Below, piece after piece: positions 23,355 to 35,593 of a stretch of 64,000 nucleotides of DNA. A program made the translations under genes and the position numbers. Position 1 is the stretch's first letter, and the number at the start of each line of letters is the position of its first letter. The DNA is taken from the NCBI GenBank assembly GCA_905178155.1, contig CAJINV010000002.1, forward strand, positions 1,029,809-1,093,808, in the 5' to 3' direction. This stretch comes from Amoebophrya sp. A120 (lineage: Eukaryota; Protista; Dinoflagellata). The notes under the pieces are model-generated. The model saw only the letters and a program-made list of their open reading frames with translations. It was not told the origin of the DNA and made no database searches.

Positions 23355-23990
23355 ACGCGGAGCGCGGCATGCTCGCCCCCGACGAATAACGCGAACGGGC
23401 TGCGCGACGGACACACAGGCAAAGCGCGCGGCCCACTGCGACCGCCCTGTAGCCGCTATCGCAATCTTGGGGGCCCGCCAACACAGCCAGCCCACCGGCC
23501 CGCCGTCCGGGGCTTGCGGCAACAATGCGGACCACACAACAACAATGAACCGAGAGGAGGCGCCGGCGCCCGCCACCCCTGGACGGGGTAGGGCATGCCG
23601 GCAAGGCCCACCGCGCGAAGCGGCGCGGCCAAGCGTGGCGCCGCGCGCATTCTGCGCGCCCGAAGTCTGAAACCCCGCCGGGGCAAAGAAAGAAACAGGC
23701 AAACCCACAGGCGCGGCGGCTGCGTCCTGCCCTGCCGATGTTGATCTTAGGGTGGAAGCCAGCGACCGTGGCGCGACGGCTCTTTTGCTTCGGGCCCACC
23801 GCGGAAGAACGCGGCCAACTCGTCGGATTTCCGCACAGTCTGCGATCCCCGGACCGGCTACCATAGCGAACTGGGCCGATTTGCTGACGCCTGGACGCTC
23901 ACCGCCAGCGCCGCGCCACCCGGCGGACGGGGGGGCGCGCGCGGACACGCCAGCCAACGCAAGCGCTTTGCTTCGCGGAGGAATGCCACA
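23355..23990. promoter_or_regulatory. GC/CpG-rich island upstream of the IP3K gene
   Basis: Composition and position. Confidence 0.45.
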
Positions 23991-24378
23991 GGCTATCCGA
24001 CTTATGGCACCAAAGAAGTATTTTGTTTTCAGGGATACATACTCTCCTCCGGGAAATCTTCGTGCACTGCATCTCACAAGGCCCTCTCTCCGTTGTTTCG
24101 CTACATGTTTTCGCTCACTAGCCGTAGTAGAAGCCCCTCACCCTCATACCGTGTGAAGATGCAACCTAAGTAGAACAGTAGACTACCTTGGCTGCGTAGC
24201 CAGCTCAATCAGTACCGCGACATGGAGTCTTTTTGTTCACCAGTTTCTTTTCGTCTTCGTTCATCCGTCATGCTGCTGCTCACAAGCACAGCCACCTCCA
24301 GCGTTTCATCACGTCCGCGACAGCACACAGTAAAGTGCCGAGGGAGCAACTGCTGGGCCAAATCAGCAAGCTGCAATG

Positions 24379-27300
24379 CTATTTCATCATTAAATTTCCT
24401 TTTCCACCACCACCAGCCACATTCCCCAACCTCACCTCACCTCCAGAAGATGAACCCCGCTTGTAGTTCTCATACCTCAACTCCTGGTGTCTCCGCATGA
24501 CATATGCCGTCGCGACGAAGAACACGTACTGCATACACATGGCCGCCACCAACTTTTGACTTTTCCCGCTGAGCGCATCACGAAAAATGTTCACCGTCGC
24601 CCCCAGCCCGGCCCCGTACCCGCTTCCGTTGACAAAGACCAACACAAACCCCCACGCGGCGTTAACGTAGTTCGGAAAGTGGTAGCTCACGATCGGGTGG
24701 GTCCAGAACCGGGTTGTAGCGGAAGAGATCTGATTGACGGGGTTCTGTCGTTTTCTTGAAGATAATGTTTCTAGTTCTCCTTCCTCTGCAGCTGAGCCTA
24801 AGTCGTAGTCCTGGTACACTTTCCGATACTCCTATGAGAGTGCACAACTCCCCCTCCCTCTCATTTGTATAGCATCAGCAGCAACAGAAGCAACGCTACA
24901 AATGTAGCTTTTGCATGACAAATCCGTAAGTGGAATGTAGTCCTACTTGGGCGTTCAAAACTTGTTATGCGCAGAGTGGTTAAAGGCCAGGCGTGGATTA
25001 GGTATTTTGCATGACAAATGAGGGGGAGGGGGAGTTGTGCACCGTCATAACTCCTTTTCCATTTTCCCGATCCACATTCCCGAAACCAGAAACTCGAACA
25101 TCAGAAAACCCGCGTTATGACCTGCAAGAGTATCGAACTCGTAGTAATCACAAATTTTGTTTCTCATGCTGAGGAAATTTGTAATGCACTTACACGAGTA
25201 CGATGCTCTTGCATTTCATACGCGTTTAGCAACCCCCAAACCAAGTACTGTTTCTCCAGATCGTGGTATCCAAGAACAAAACTGTGCGAGTGTAACAACT
25301 TTCTTGGAGAAATAGCATCACAAGTTTGGTGCTCTGCATGACACAGAAAACCTGTCATGCGTAGCTAGCATGTGAAAACGCTTACGAAAAGAGCCTCTGA
25401 TGCATGTCCAGCATGACAGGTGTAATTGTCTTGCATCGTCTGCAACACAAAGTTACAGTTACACAGTTTTTTCCTTGCATACGTGCCAGACCGCGACGAA
25501 GAAAAAGATCACCCACACATTCGTGAATTTCCGCTCCCGGCTATCAAGCAAAAAAGTGCTAAATGTGTTTACAGATTGCAGTCACGCATGACAAATCTTG
25601 CCCAGCATGCATGCTATGCAATACAAATTGAAATTTGGGCACCTTTTCTTCATCTGATACATTACTGCATCACAAATTCCGTTGACGTTTTTAACACTTT
25701 TTCTTGTGATACCGGCCGCCTAAGGGGAGGTAGATGTACCTGATCAGCCACTTGTTAAACGAGCAGTGCCAGCTATGGAAGCGTCAGGTTTGAAATCGTC
25801 AAAGTTGAAATAATTTGTAATGCGTAAAATGCGATACAAAAAGTGACTCTATTGCAGAGGACCCACGGGATGCAGATTATAGTCCTGGTAGGGGTCAAAA
25901 GTTGGACTGCTAACTAGCATGACAGAAGGCAGCTCTTTTGCCCTAAACCGCATGACAGACTCGCTTCCAGGACCGGAAAGGTTTGTCATGCACCGACTAC
26001 AAACTGTAGGTCTAACTGGTATCCGTTTTATGCATGACAAACTATTTCAACTTTGACGATTTCAAACCTGACACGTCCATACCAGCCCTGCCAAAATCCT
26101 TGCAGCGTCGTGTTGTTGTTAAAACACCCATTCTGCATGTTTTCCACACAGTCAATATGCGTTGCAAAAGCATCGTACTAGTTTGAACCGCATCATGACA
26201 AATCTTCTCAAGAAGAGAAGTGCAATTTGTGATGCAGATCATTCCGGTAAGAAACTAGATTTGTCATGCAATCTTTCGATTTGTGCGAGTGCGATCTTCT
26301 TGCAATGCATAATCGATCCCCATCAGCAGCGTCCAGAAGCGGAAAAACCGCCAGAGGGTTGCGAATTTCAGCCAGAGGACACAGAGAATCCAGTAAATCA
26401 TCTTCACTGCGAGGTAGGAGGTGTCAGTCGCGTCTGACTGGTGCAGCTTCATTCCTACTGATTGCGTCGAGTCAGTTGATTTTGTCGTGTCGCTTGACGA
26501 AGAGAGCAGTTTCGTCTCCACCGGGGGTTCCAGAGTCGCTCCGGTAAGCCATTTTGGGATGAGAAACTCCGAGCGAATGATGGCGTAGACCGGCATGAAG
26601 TGCAGGAAGAATTCGAGGAGAATGTAGCAGGGGAGAAACTTTCGGAAGAAGTATTTGACGGCAGCAGAAACCGGGATTATTTCTGCTGCAGGTTTTGCAT
26701 GCCCGTCGGCTGTAATTGTTGTGGTTGATATTATCGACGCATTTTTCAAAAACTCGTCGTAACCAATGAGCGGACCCGCGATGTAGAGCGGTGGGTAGAA
26801 CACGTAGGTAAGCAGGTTGGAGTAGGAGAAGGTTGATGGTGATGTCGATGCAGCTGAGTTTGTCATGCTGGTCTTGCTATTTGGCGATCGAGGCGAAGTA
26901 GTTGTTTGTGATGCTGGATTCGCATAATTGTTCTTTCTCGCAGTGCTTCCTGAGCGGTGTCGTACGCCATCACGAACTGCTCTGCTTCCATCTGGAGACT
27001 GTTCGACGTGATTTAGATTTTCGCTTCCACCTCCTGCTGCGGCCAACTCCACATCCCGCACGACAGGCTCATTTCTGTTATTCTCTATTTCCTTCGCGAT
27101 TTCGTCTTTTCTTCTTGCGTAATCGATTCCAAAGGAGAGCAGTTTTATCACGATGAAGCGGCAGGTTACGTGCACGTCCAGAGGCCCGGTCAGCATCGGA
27201 AGTTTCGTTGATTTTGCGGTGTGTGAAAATGGAAAAGTAATTTGTAATGGTGTTTGGCTGATTCTTTTACGGTAACCCACACCGTCGTGAGTGATGCTAT

Positions 27301-28892
27301 ACAGGAGGGCATGATGCAGTCCATCTTAGGAGAGAGATAACACCATCGGGAATAACATGATACACCAAGGTGTTAAAAGACTACGGTTCTCGCCCACTAA
27401 ACTGTTTTCCGGACAATCGCTAGCATACCATCGAGAATAACTTTATCCTCGATGGTGTCCCAAGGGTTTCTAAGCTGCGATCACTATACCCTCGCGTATA
27501 ACTTCATGCAGCATGCTGCCACTGAGGTTGAAGACGTTGGTGTGCCGTTTTTGATACAGCCGCAACATACTGCAGTGCTTCGTACACCGTTCTGCAAAAG
27601 AGTCACACCACGACCATCACAACCGACATTTCCTCTCCCATACTCCCGTCACAACCGCTATTCGCACTGCTTCAAACGTATCAAATGCAAAAATGTCTGG
27701 GTCTGGAAGAATGCAAGTTTGTTATGCTTGTCTGGCATGACTCGAGAATCTGTGTTGCATAGGCACAAAAAGGCCCTCTTACCTGTCACGCAAAAACGCA
27801 GTTTGCCATGCGGAATACGTAAGACATGGCAGCCAAAAAATTTCTCATGCATAGCTTCGTATTGCAGTGCGTCTATCATTTAACTTTTAGCATTCCAAGT
27901 GTCCCGACTCAGACATATTTGCAATCCATAAAACGGTCCTAGCACCATCTCCACCATCTTCGCATCCAAGTACCCGCTAATCGTATTCCAATCCCGCAAG
28001 ACAAACACGAAGACCGCAAACGCCCAGGAGAAAACCCGCGGAAACCGGTTCCATTCCGCTCTCACGACGGAATAAAACACCGTGTAGAGGAAGAGCACGT
28101 AGAGAAAGCCGAGTATTCCGTGGAGGTAAAGCACAAATCCACAGCCCAAAAAGAGCAGAACGTGTTTATTCCGCTTCGAAACCCGGAAGAAAAAGCTGAA
28201 AATCGCCGCAACTAGGAGTAAAATCGGCAGGGATTTCTTGATTTCCCGCCACTGGATGTCCCCGTCGTCACGGCGGATTTGGTTGTCTTGCGGAAATTGA
28301 AGAATAGGCGCAAGTAATCCAGCGATCGCGGCTTCCCGAATTTGGATTGGCGTGATAACTACACTCGGGGGTAGCTCCACAACGCCATTTGGCTTCAACT
28401 GCAGGTACCGTGCGCACTGCGGGGTGTCCAGGCATTGGCCACGAAGTTCTGCGGCGACTCTCTATCAAATGCAAAAATGTCTGGGTCTGGAAGAATGGAA
28501 GTTTGTCATGCTTGTCTGGCATCACTCTCAAGCCTGTCATGCACATTACCCAAAAGCCCTGCTTTTCTGTCATACAGAAGCTCACTTTGCCATGCAGAAA
28601 AGCCAAGACTACAGCACCTCCAAAACTTGCCATGCTTGCCAGTCAGTTGAGGCGTCCTCGTCTTTCTCAACCAGCATCACAAGTTTCCAGACCCAGACAT
28701 TTTTGCAGTTGATACTCTCGGGCCGTCGACGAACAGGAAGTAGGCTAAAATTGCGGTTGCGGAAATCCATTCAAGGTAGTAGAGCGGGCTGGAGGGAGGG
28801 GCGGCTTGCTTCACGTTGATGGTCTTGTAGAAGGGGATTTTGGACGAGCGCTTGTTTTTGGCAGAAGAAATAGCGGTGGACGAGGAAGACAT
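24379..28892 (-). CDS. GUP1: MBOAT O-acyltransferase, GUP1/HHAT-like, multi-exon
   Basis: Spliced motifs KLLSFGIDY, YVFYPPLYIAGPLIGYDEF, WLKFATLWRFFRFW, ENM...[24 protein letters not shown] and FVAVWHDLE (catalytic His); many hydrophobic segments. Confidence 0.9.
24833..25049. mobile_element. Introner family B
   Basis: TIR, TSD ACTCC/ACTCC. Confidence 0.9.
25116..25220. mobile_element. Introner family C, internally deleted (105 bp)
   Basis: TIR, TSD CGCGT/CGCGT. Confidence 0.85.
25267..25481. mobile_element. Introner family F (TIR TATSCARGAAAAAAACTGTG)
   Basis: TIR, TSD CGTGG/CGTGC; interrupts WH|D. Confidence 0.85.
25542..25711. mobile_element. Introner, singleton family (TIR TATCA...AAAAAGTG)
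   Basis: Imperfect TIR, TSD CCGGC/CCGGC; GT-AG splice 25541-25712 is also in frame. Confidence 0.75.
25774..26081. mobile_element. Introner family E
   Basis: TIR, TSD CCAGC/CCAGC; interrupts FWQGW|H. Confidence 0.9.
26156..26311. mobile_element. Introner family C
   Basis: TIR, TSD GTCAA/ATCGA (two synonymous differences). Confidence 0.8.
27298..27500. repeat. Degenerate fold-back element nested in a larger intron
   Basis: About 60-bp imperfect IR (TATACAGGAGGG...ACACCATCGGGAATAA / TTATCCTCGATGGTGT...CCCTCGCGTATA); no TSD. Confidence 0.5.
27679..27930. mobile_element. Introner family A
   Basis: TIR, TSD AAACG/AAACG. Confidence 0.9.
28463..28714. mobile_element. Introner family A
   Basis: TIR, TSD CTCTC/CTCTC. 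Confidence 0.9.
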
Positions 28893-29149
28893 CTTGTTCC
28901 AGGAGACTAGAACTACGCAGTGGATTTAGATGCTGTTTTGCAAAATACGGTGACAGATACCCCCACGACATCGCTTCAAGTGATACATCAAAACGAAAAC
29001 GCCAGAAGAACTCCTCTCGGGTTGATGAACCGGAAATACCGATCTAGATGTGAGTGGTGCTGCACCACTGGCAGGGCCAGAAGAAAATACCTTCAAACAG
29101 GAACACTCCCTGGAACACGACAAAGGGAAAGTCACATATCAGAGCCACA

Positions 29150-30030
29150 GGGGGCGCTCAGAGCCAGCGTCCCAACGCAATGGGCGCTGGCTTGGGAGGT
29201 CCGAAGACCCTTCCAATGCAGTCACAGAGGTCAAAATCCGCGGCAGCCAACGCGCTGCCCTGTTGCCGGAGAATAGAGCGCCACAACGAACTCACAGTCT
29301 CGGTGGCCGCGCTATGTGTGTTAGATAGCGCGCGCGGCCCGCCGCATCGGCCAGAAGACAAACTCGCTGCGGCCCGCGAAATTATCTCCGCCTCTTGGGC
29401 CCGACCGAGAAGTGGGCGCCTGGTAGGGCGGGATGCGCGCATTGCATAAAACCTGGGCCACGCGCACGGGCCGCCCCTCCCAATGCAGCCGGCGGCCGAA
29501 GCATGCGGCGGCAAAACCAGCAAGCGCGCGCCGGGGAAGGCGGGCCCCGGCGAATCGGGCCGCCTTGGTTCGCACTGAACACAGGGAGGCGGGGCGTCCG
29601 GGGGGGCACCAATCAAAAGAAGAGGCGGCGGCATCTCGCCGCTTGGGCTCTCTCTGACAAGATGAGCGGGCCGGCGGGTGTGGTGTTGGCACGTGAAGAC
29701 GGCCTCCATCAGTTCCGTCGGCAAGGTCCACCGAAACAGCGCGCGGCGCCGGGTCCTTCATTCTGATCTTCGCTAGCAAGTCCATCGCCGCACAAGTAGC
29801 GGACCGAAGCCACGGGAGCAAATGCCCGCCGGCGCCGATGAAGGTGAAATCGCAAAGGGCTGGCGCCGGGCGGGCTAAGGCCAACGGGCCCCGGTGTCCT
29901 TAGGGCTACGGCCGTCGCCGCTTCCCGGCTGCGACCCGCGCTCCTCGCTGCGCGCCTTGCAGACTAAGTACCCGGCCCGTCGCATTGCTCGCCGCCGCCG
30001 CGGCTGCCTCAAATCACTCCCGCCCGGCCG
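29150..30030. promoter_or_regulatory. GC/CpG-rich island upstream of the MBOAT gene
   Basis: Composition and position. Confidence 0.45.
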
Positions 30031-30719
30031 CCATCTTTTCACACTTTCCAGCTCCTCCTAAGTTCGAAGCTGAGTTATGGGAAAGGATCAGGCTGCGCGG
30101 TCTCTTAGAATCAAACAAAACATCTTCTCTAGGAAGTGACTCTCTGCTCACACAAGTAACGCTCTCAAGAACGCATGTGCCACTCAATCATAAAAGTCTT
30201 TCTGAAGTCGTACTCAGAGGTCAGCCGGTACTATGGCAAAATACTCACATGAACGAGGGATACAACCTCGCCGCGTCTGACCAGAACATCGACGGAAAAT
30301 TTTATGAACAAGCAACAGCGGATAGGTTTTGGTGCTGCTCTTCCTGACAGGGGGAGCAAGAACGACGGCTGGCAGAAATAGTGTGGTGATTCGATGGTGC
30401 TGTTGTTGTTGTTTCCAACGCAAGATATGCTGTTAATTATGGTCGTGCACGTGCTCGTGCAATTCATGTTTTTCTTTTCATCGTTTTTACTTTCAATCGC
30501 CTCAACAACAATGTTGCACCCAAGACCCTCCTCCACATCACCGCTATAATGATTTTCCATCAAAATCCGCCTCATCGACTCAAACTCGGATTGTTGTCGA
30601 GGCAGATGTTCGAGTAGCACAGATGGCAGTCTTATCCAGTAGAAATAAACTTTTGCGCACACTGTCGTCCAGTTTGTATTGCATGTCCCGGATGAAAATC
30701 AGATAAACAAATCTTCTAC

Positions 30720-33437
30720 TTATGCAATCATGCGGAACATGCAATACAAAGATGGCGCCAAGGATGTATGCCCATCTTCCTCTCTTCCTAACTTGGTCGT
30801 GTCGCCGCAGATTTGGTCCACATTCTTCGAGCAGTCGCTGTTTGGATTTTTTTCAAAACGAAATTTGTCATGCATCGACGCCACGAAAGTGCCCCCATGC
30901 AAAGCCAAAACCTGCATGACAACCTACTTCCACAACAACATCAAAAAAGAAATTCCCACTTACTCGTCCTTGCAGCCGATCTTTCTGCACACGCCCATCC
31001 TATGCAGGAAAAAAACTGTGTAAGTGTTAATCTGTGATGCAGAAAATGCAAAACAGTTATACTTGTCATGCTCGACACGCATGATCGGCTCCATTCCTAT
31101 GTGTTTTCCCTTACTATCTGTGCATGACAAGTTTTTCCTGTCATGGCAGACGAACTTGTGATGCTGTTTTCCCAAAAGACTTACACCAACACAGTTTTTT
31201 TCTTGGATACTTCCCACACGTCGCGCAGTACACCGTACAACCGTCAGTATGCATTACAAATCGTTGTACTTGTATGATTCGCATTTGTGCATGACAGATC
31301 TGGTTGCTTAGCAAAATTGTGCATGACAAATTTCTTTTTCTACTTTCTTGCAAATAAAAACTTGTCATGCGAACCATACTAGCTACGATCCTGTTGCCAT
31401 GCGTAATCAGAATCCGTCAGCAAATCCGTTCTTTCCCCAAACCATTCCGCGGTTTTCCCACTGGCGGTCTCCTTACTCGCATCATCTGCAAAAGTATCGC
31501 ACAACTCGTTGTAGTTCTATGACTATGTTGCACTTGTGCATGACAAATCCTGCTTTCTACCGGAACCAGCATGACAAATTGCATTTCTGTTCTTGAGAAG
31601 ATTTGTGATGCGATTCATACTAGTACGATACTTTTGTGATGCATAACTTGTTGCCTTGCACTCGCCAAACACGACCTCGTCCATGAGCTTTTTCTTGTCG
31701 TACCGAACCGACGCGGTTATCCCTCCGGCGGTTAACAGAGTCTCCATGTTATCCCCGTTGCCGACCTTGCTTTCCAGGTCGTCGCAGCTCATGGCGGTCA
31801 CGGTGCCGTTGTGGTAGAAATGCCGGTCGATCATGGAGCGCGGGTATGAATTGCAAAAGTATGGTATCGTACTCATATAAGTGCATTACAAATTTTCTCA
31901 GCATGAGAAATAAAATCTGTAATGCTGATTTACCTCAAGAAAAAGATTTGTAATGCATGATTTCCATACGAGAACGAGTACGATACTTTTGCACAGGGTA
32001 GCGGGGTAGTGGTGGTCGTGGCGAGAAAAGCGGCGCAATCCCCGTAGCCCGGGTAATTCACGGTGAGCTTCTCGGTGCCTGCCGCTAGCTGGACGTTCCC
32101 GTCGCAGTCGTACTGAAACTTGTTGTACGCGCGGTGACAGGTCGGAAGAATCGCGGCACACCTTCCCTTATTCTGTGCAAATTCATCGTGCTCGTCTTAA
32201 TTGCAGTCGTGCAAGACAAATTTCTTTTTCAAGCTAAATCAGCATGATGACAAATTTATTCATTTCTCATGCTGACCTAATTTGTATTGCAATACAAATA
32301 CTACGACGAGTACGATACTTTTGCAATTCATATCCCTCGTAGGTCGGCGGATTGATCTTGTACGTGTCGGTTCCTTCGTATCCAAAGCAGGCGAGGTAGT
32401 ACCTATTGATCAGTGTAGGTTGGATTTTGTCATGTGAAATCTCTAGTGGAGAAAAACAAAAATCTGTCATGCATGTAGCGGAATCTTCATCAAGATGAAA
32501 TAAAACATCACTAGATTCAATACGCCAAGCAGCTCTGCTGGCAGACATCCGGATTCGAGGCCGTGCTGACCGCAAGGCAAATGTTACTCACGGTTTGCCC
32601 AACCGTTGTGCGCTGTTCTGATTTCTGCACAGTTGTAGTTGTTTCCTCGCGTTGCATCAGGCTTCCGGGCGAAGATGCAGTTCGTGAAGCGGAGTCTGAT
32701 GGTTTTGTTCTGCTAGAAGTACTTCCTGTTGTTGCAGCCGCTTGTGTTGCGGAGGTTTCGGCTGCTGCTGCTGCTGTCGGATCTTCTTGTTTTTCATATT
32801 CATTTTCATTGCCAGCTTCCTTTTGTTCGGCTTCCCCTTCACCGCCTTCTGCTGCTCCGTTTTCTCGATCCAACAGAGCAAATGTGCTGTCCGTTGTTGT
32901 GACCGTCGCCCCTTGGGGTTTGATGTCCATGTCCACTATGGTGGCGGAAACAGCCGAGGCGGAGAGGAGAAGGGAGGAGAATTTTGAAAATTTGCTTCTT
33001 GAAGCCGACACGCGTCCGACACAGGAAGACGTCGACATGGTCGTCTTCATCTTGCTGCGCGATTTATCATTTTCTGAGTTGTTCTTGTAATTGTCACTTT
33101 GTCCTCGCATGATCCTCGTCTTGCGGGCGTCGTGCACCTGTGCAAAAAGATCATAGCGGCCACATGGAATTCCAATTCGGTCTCCTGGCCGATTTCGTTT
33201 CGGTGTGGTGGATTCTCGTGAGGAGAAAGCTCCTCTTGTTGTCAGGTCGCAGCCGCAAACCTCCCTGTTCTCATCGTCCTCGGCCAGAACGCACGATGCG
33301 CGTCTCCTATGCACATGCACATCTGGGGCGATTGCTGCCTGCTGTGCCTCGGCGTACTCCATCCGGGGCTTGGGTGAAGATGTTGATGTGCTGGAGGCGA
33401 GACAGCTACTGCCGCAGCACGATGTAATTGTGCGCAT
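30720..33437 (-). CDS. Hypothetical Cys-containing protein, possibly secreted; start uncertain (ATG 33437 or about 33050)
   Basis: Exons join in frame across 5 introners and GT-AG introns at 32403-32523 and 30838-30963. Signal-like FSSLLLSASAVSA precedes an acidic/Thr-rich linker and a Cys-rich C-terminal half. Confidence 0.6.
31001..31209. mobile_element. Introner family F
   Basis: TIR, TSD CATCC/CTTCC. Confidence 0.85.
31248..31405. mobile_element. Introner family C, degenerate
   Basis: Weak TIR, TSD GTCAG/ATCAG, frame restored. Confidence 0.7.
31480..31645. mobile_element. Introner family C
   Basis: TIR (left end CAT), TSD ACTCG/ACTTG. Confidence 0.8.
31845..32000. mobile_element. Introner family C
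   Basis: TIR, TSD GCGGG/GCGGG. Confidence 0.9.
32169..32332. mobile_element. Introner family C
   Basis: TIR, TSD TCCCT/TCCCT. Confidence 0.85.
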
Positions 33438-33959
33438 TCTAGAAGCAGCCAAGGATGTTGATTACCAGCAGAAACCCACTAAGAGTTTTTTCATCACATC
33501 GCAACAAAGAAGCAAGTTGCGCTTATTGAGAGGCACTCTCCCACCTCCACAGTTGCACTCACGCTCACCACCTCCAGGGTTGCAATGCAACAGCTACCTG
33601 CCCCACTCAAAAGCCATTTTATTTCTCGCAGCCCATCACTGCGTATTGGCATTGGGCTCAAGCTCAAGGGTGGACATTCACTACAATCACCGTCTCTAGT
33701 ACTTTTCTTTGTCACCTCAATCGCCCCGGAGGATGATCGCTGCGTTCGCGATTGCGTGCTGCCAGGTTCCAGTGCCGCTCGTCTTCGTTGCAATGGAGAA
33801 GGTGCAAGGAAGAACATACAACAAAGGTGCGCGTGCGCTCAAAGGCATCGCGCTGCAAGGGCGCGCGCCTACTGCTACTGTGCGAGCGAGACGACCCCGT
33901 CTGCTGTTATCTGCTTTTATTTTACAAACCAGGGCGATTAATGAATAGATAGAGACCCG

Positions 33960-35010
33960 CTTGGCCACAACGAAGCTGCGCAGGCACCACGTGCCCAAAA
34001 CGACCAAGCGACTCTGCCAGCCTGGGCCGGCCGCCGGCCCAAACCATGCGCGGACGCCGGCCCCAACTCGGCATCCGACCGAAACAAATGCCGAGGATAG
34101 GGGGCTGCCACCTTTAACAACGAACAAACTTGGGCGGGCGCCGGCGCGGAACGGGCGGGCCACCCTACGCAAACGGGCGCGCGGGCCGCCCCAGGCGGTC
34201 GCCTGTGCCTCGCTGGCAAACTTGTTAGCAAGCTCTGCGGGGCGACCGGCCGCCGGAGCGCCGGCGCGGTGGGGTGCCTGACTGCGTGGCACCCTGTCCA
34301 GAGGCGGGCGCGTAGTTCTTCGCTAAGCATTGCCCGCGAGCGCCTGCGCCCGACATACGCGACCAAGCAAACCCACGGCGGCCGGCCACGCAGCCAGCTA
34401 GGCTACCCGACAGGGCGCGCGGCGCAGGAATACCAGCCGGCCAGGAGCGGGCGGGCCACGCAGGCACCAACGCACGCACCGGCACCCGGCCGGGGCGAAA
34501 AAGACGGCGCCGCTTTGGGTTTGTGTTCCGCAAGGCCGTCCATGCCGGGCGTCATCTCTTTCTCTCCCTCGCGCCTCGCATCCGAAGAGAGAAACACGCC
34601 CGCGGCAGCTTGCGCGCCCCCCCTTCGCGGCCTTCGCGAGCCTGGCTCTGTGCTGCGCGCCACAGGGCTCGGCCCCCGGGCCCCCCGTTCTCCGCTACGA
34701 GCGCGCCGGGGGCCGCAACGCTCCCACCACGGGGAGCGGACCAAGCGCCGCCGCGCAGGGGCCCCACCCGGCGCAGCTCGTTCCCGGCTGGGGCGCCGGC
34801 TCTCCGCAAGGTTCGGAAGCCGCCGGCGGGGGGGCCCCCTAAAGACGGCGAAGACGCACGCACCCGCCTCCTGCTGCGGCGCAGGGAGTTGAAGGGCTTC
34901 GCATTAAGGGCCCTGCGCAACCGGGGGGGGGGCCCACGCGCCCTTGCCCCTTCGCTTCCAGCGAATCGCTGGCCTTTGCGGCTGGGCCCTTCTGCAGAGC
35001 GGCAATGGGG
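33960..35010. promoter_or_regulatory. GC/CpG-rich intergenic island
   Basis: Composition and position. Confidence 0.45.
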
Positions 35011-35593
35011 CTCGTCAGGGTGTTGTCGTTGCTTTGGAGGTCGTTTAGAAGAGACTTATTCTGATTTACGTCACTGGCGCTGGCCCCTGCTTCACTACGG
35101 GCCAAAATGAGAAGCCAAAACGTAAACGCTACAAACATCTTTGGATAGATGAAGAACACTGAGACCACTAAGAAGGCGCTACGTTACACTAGCTCCTGAC
35201 TTTGCTGTTCAGGTACCGGTCGTGCACATCGACCCGATAATCATGGTGCCCTTTTTTCATTTTAAGTGCTTCTTTTCCTTTGAATTTCGCAAACACGACG
35301 GATCCGTACATTGACATTCCCAAAACAAGCTCACTTTCACTAAATTTCTATTTCCACGCAGCTGCCAAGTGCAGATCTAATCCAATCGTACAAAAAGCAA
35401 AAGGTCTACGATCATGTCGAAAATAAATATGGATCGAGGTCTGGACTTCTTTACAACCAGAGCCACTTCATCCTCTTTCCGTTTCACTGCACGGAAGGAA
35501 CTCAATGGCACCCGAGATTCAATTATCCCCCTGTAAACTTCAGCCCGCTCCCAGAATGGGGGTCGATCGACGAGGGCTCGATCGACGCCATGA

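Noticed and set aside
30231-30662. 143-aa ORF downstream of the Cys-containing gene
   Set aside because: GTG start, no motif, and it lies after a plausible stop at 30720; probably 3' UTR, though an extra exon cannot be excluded.
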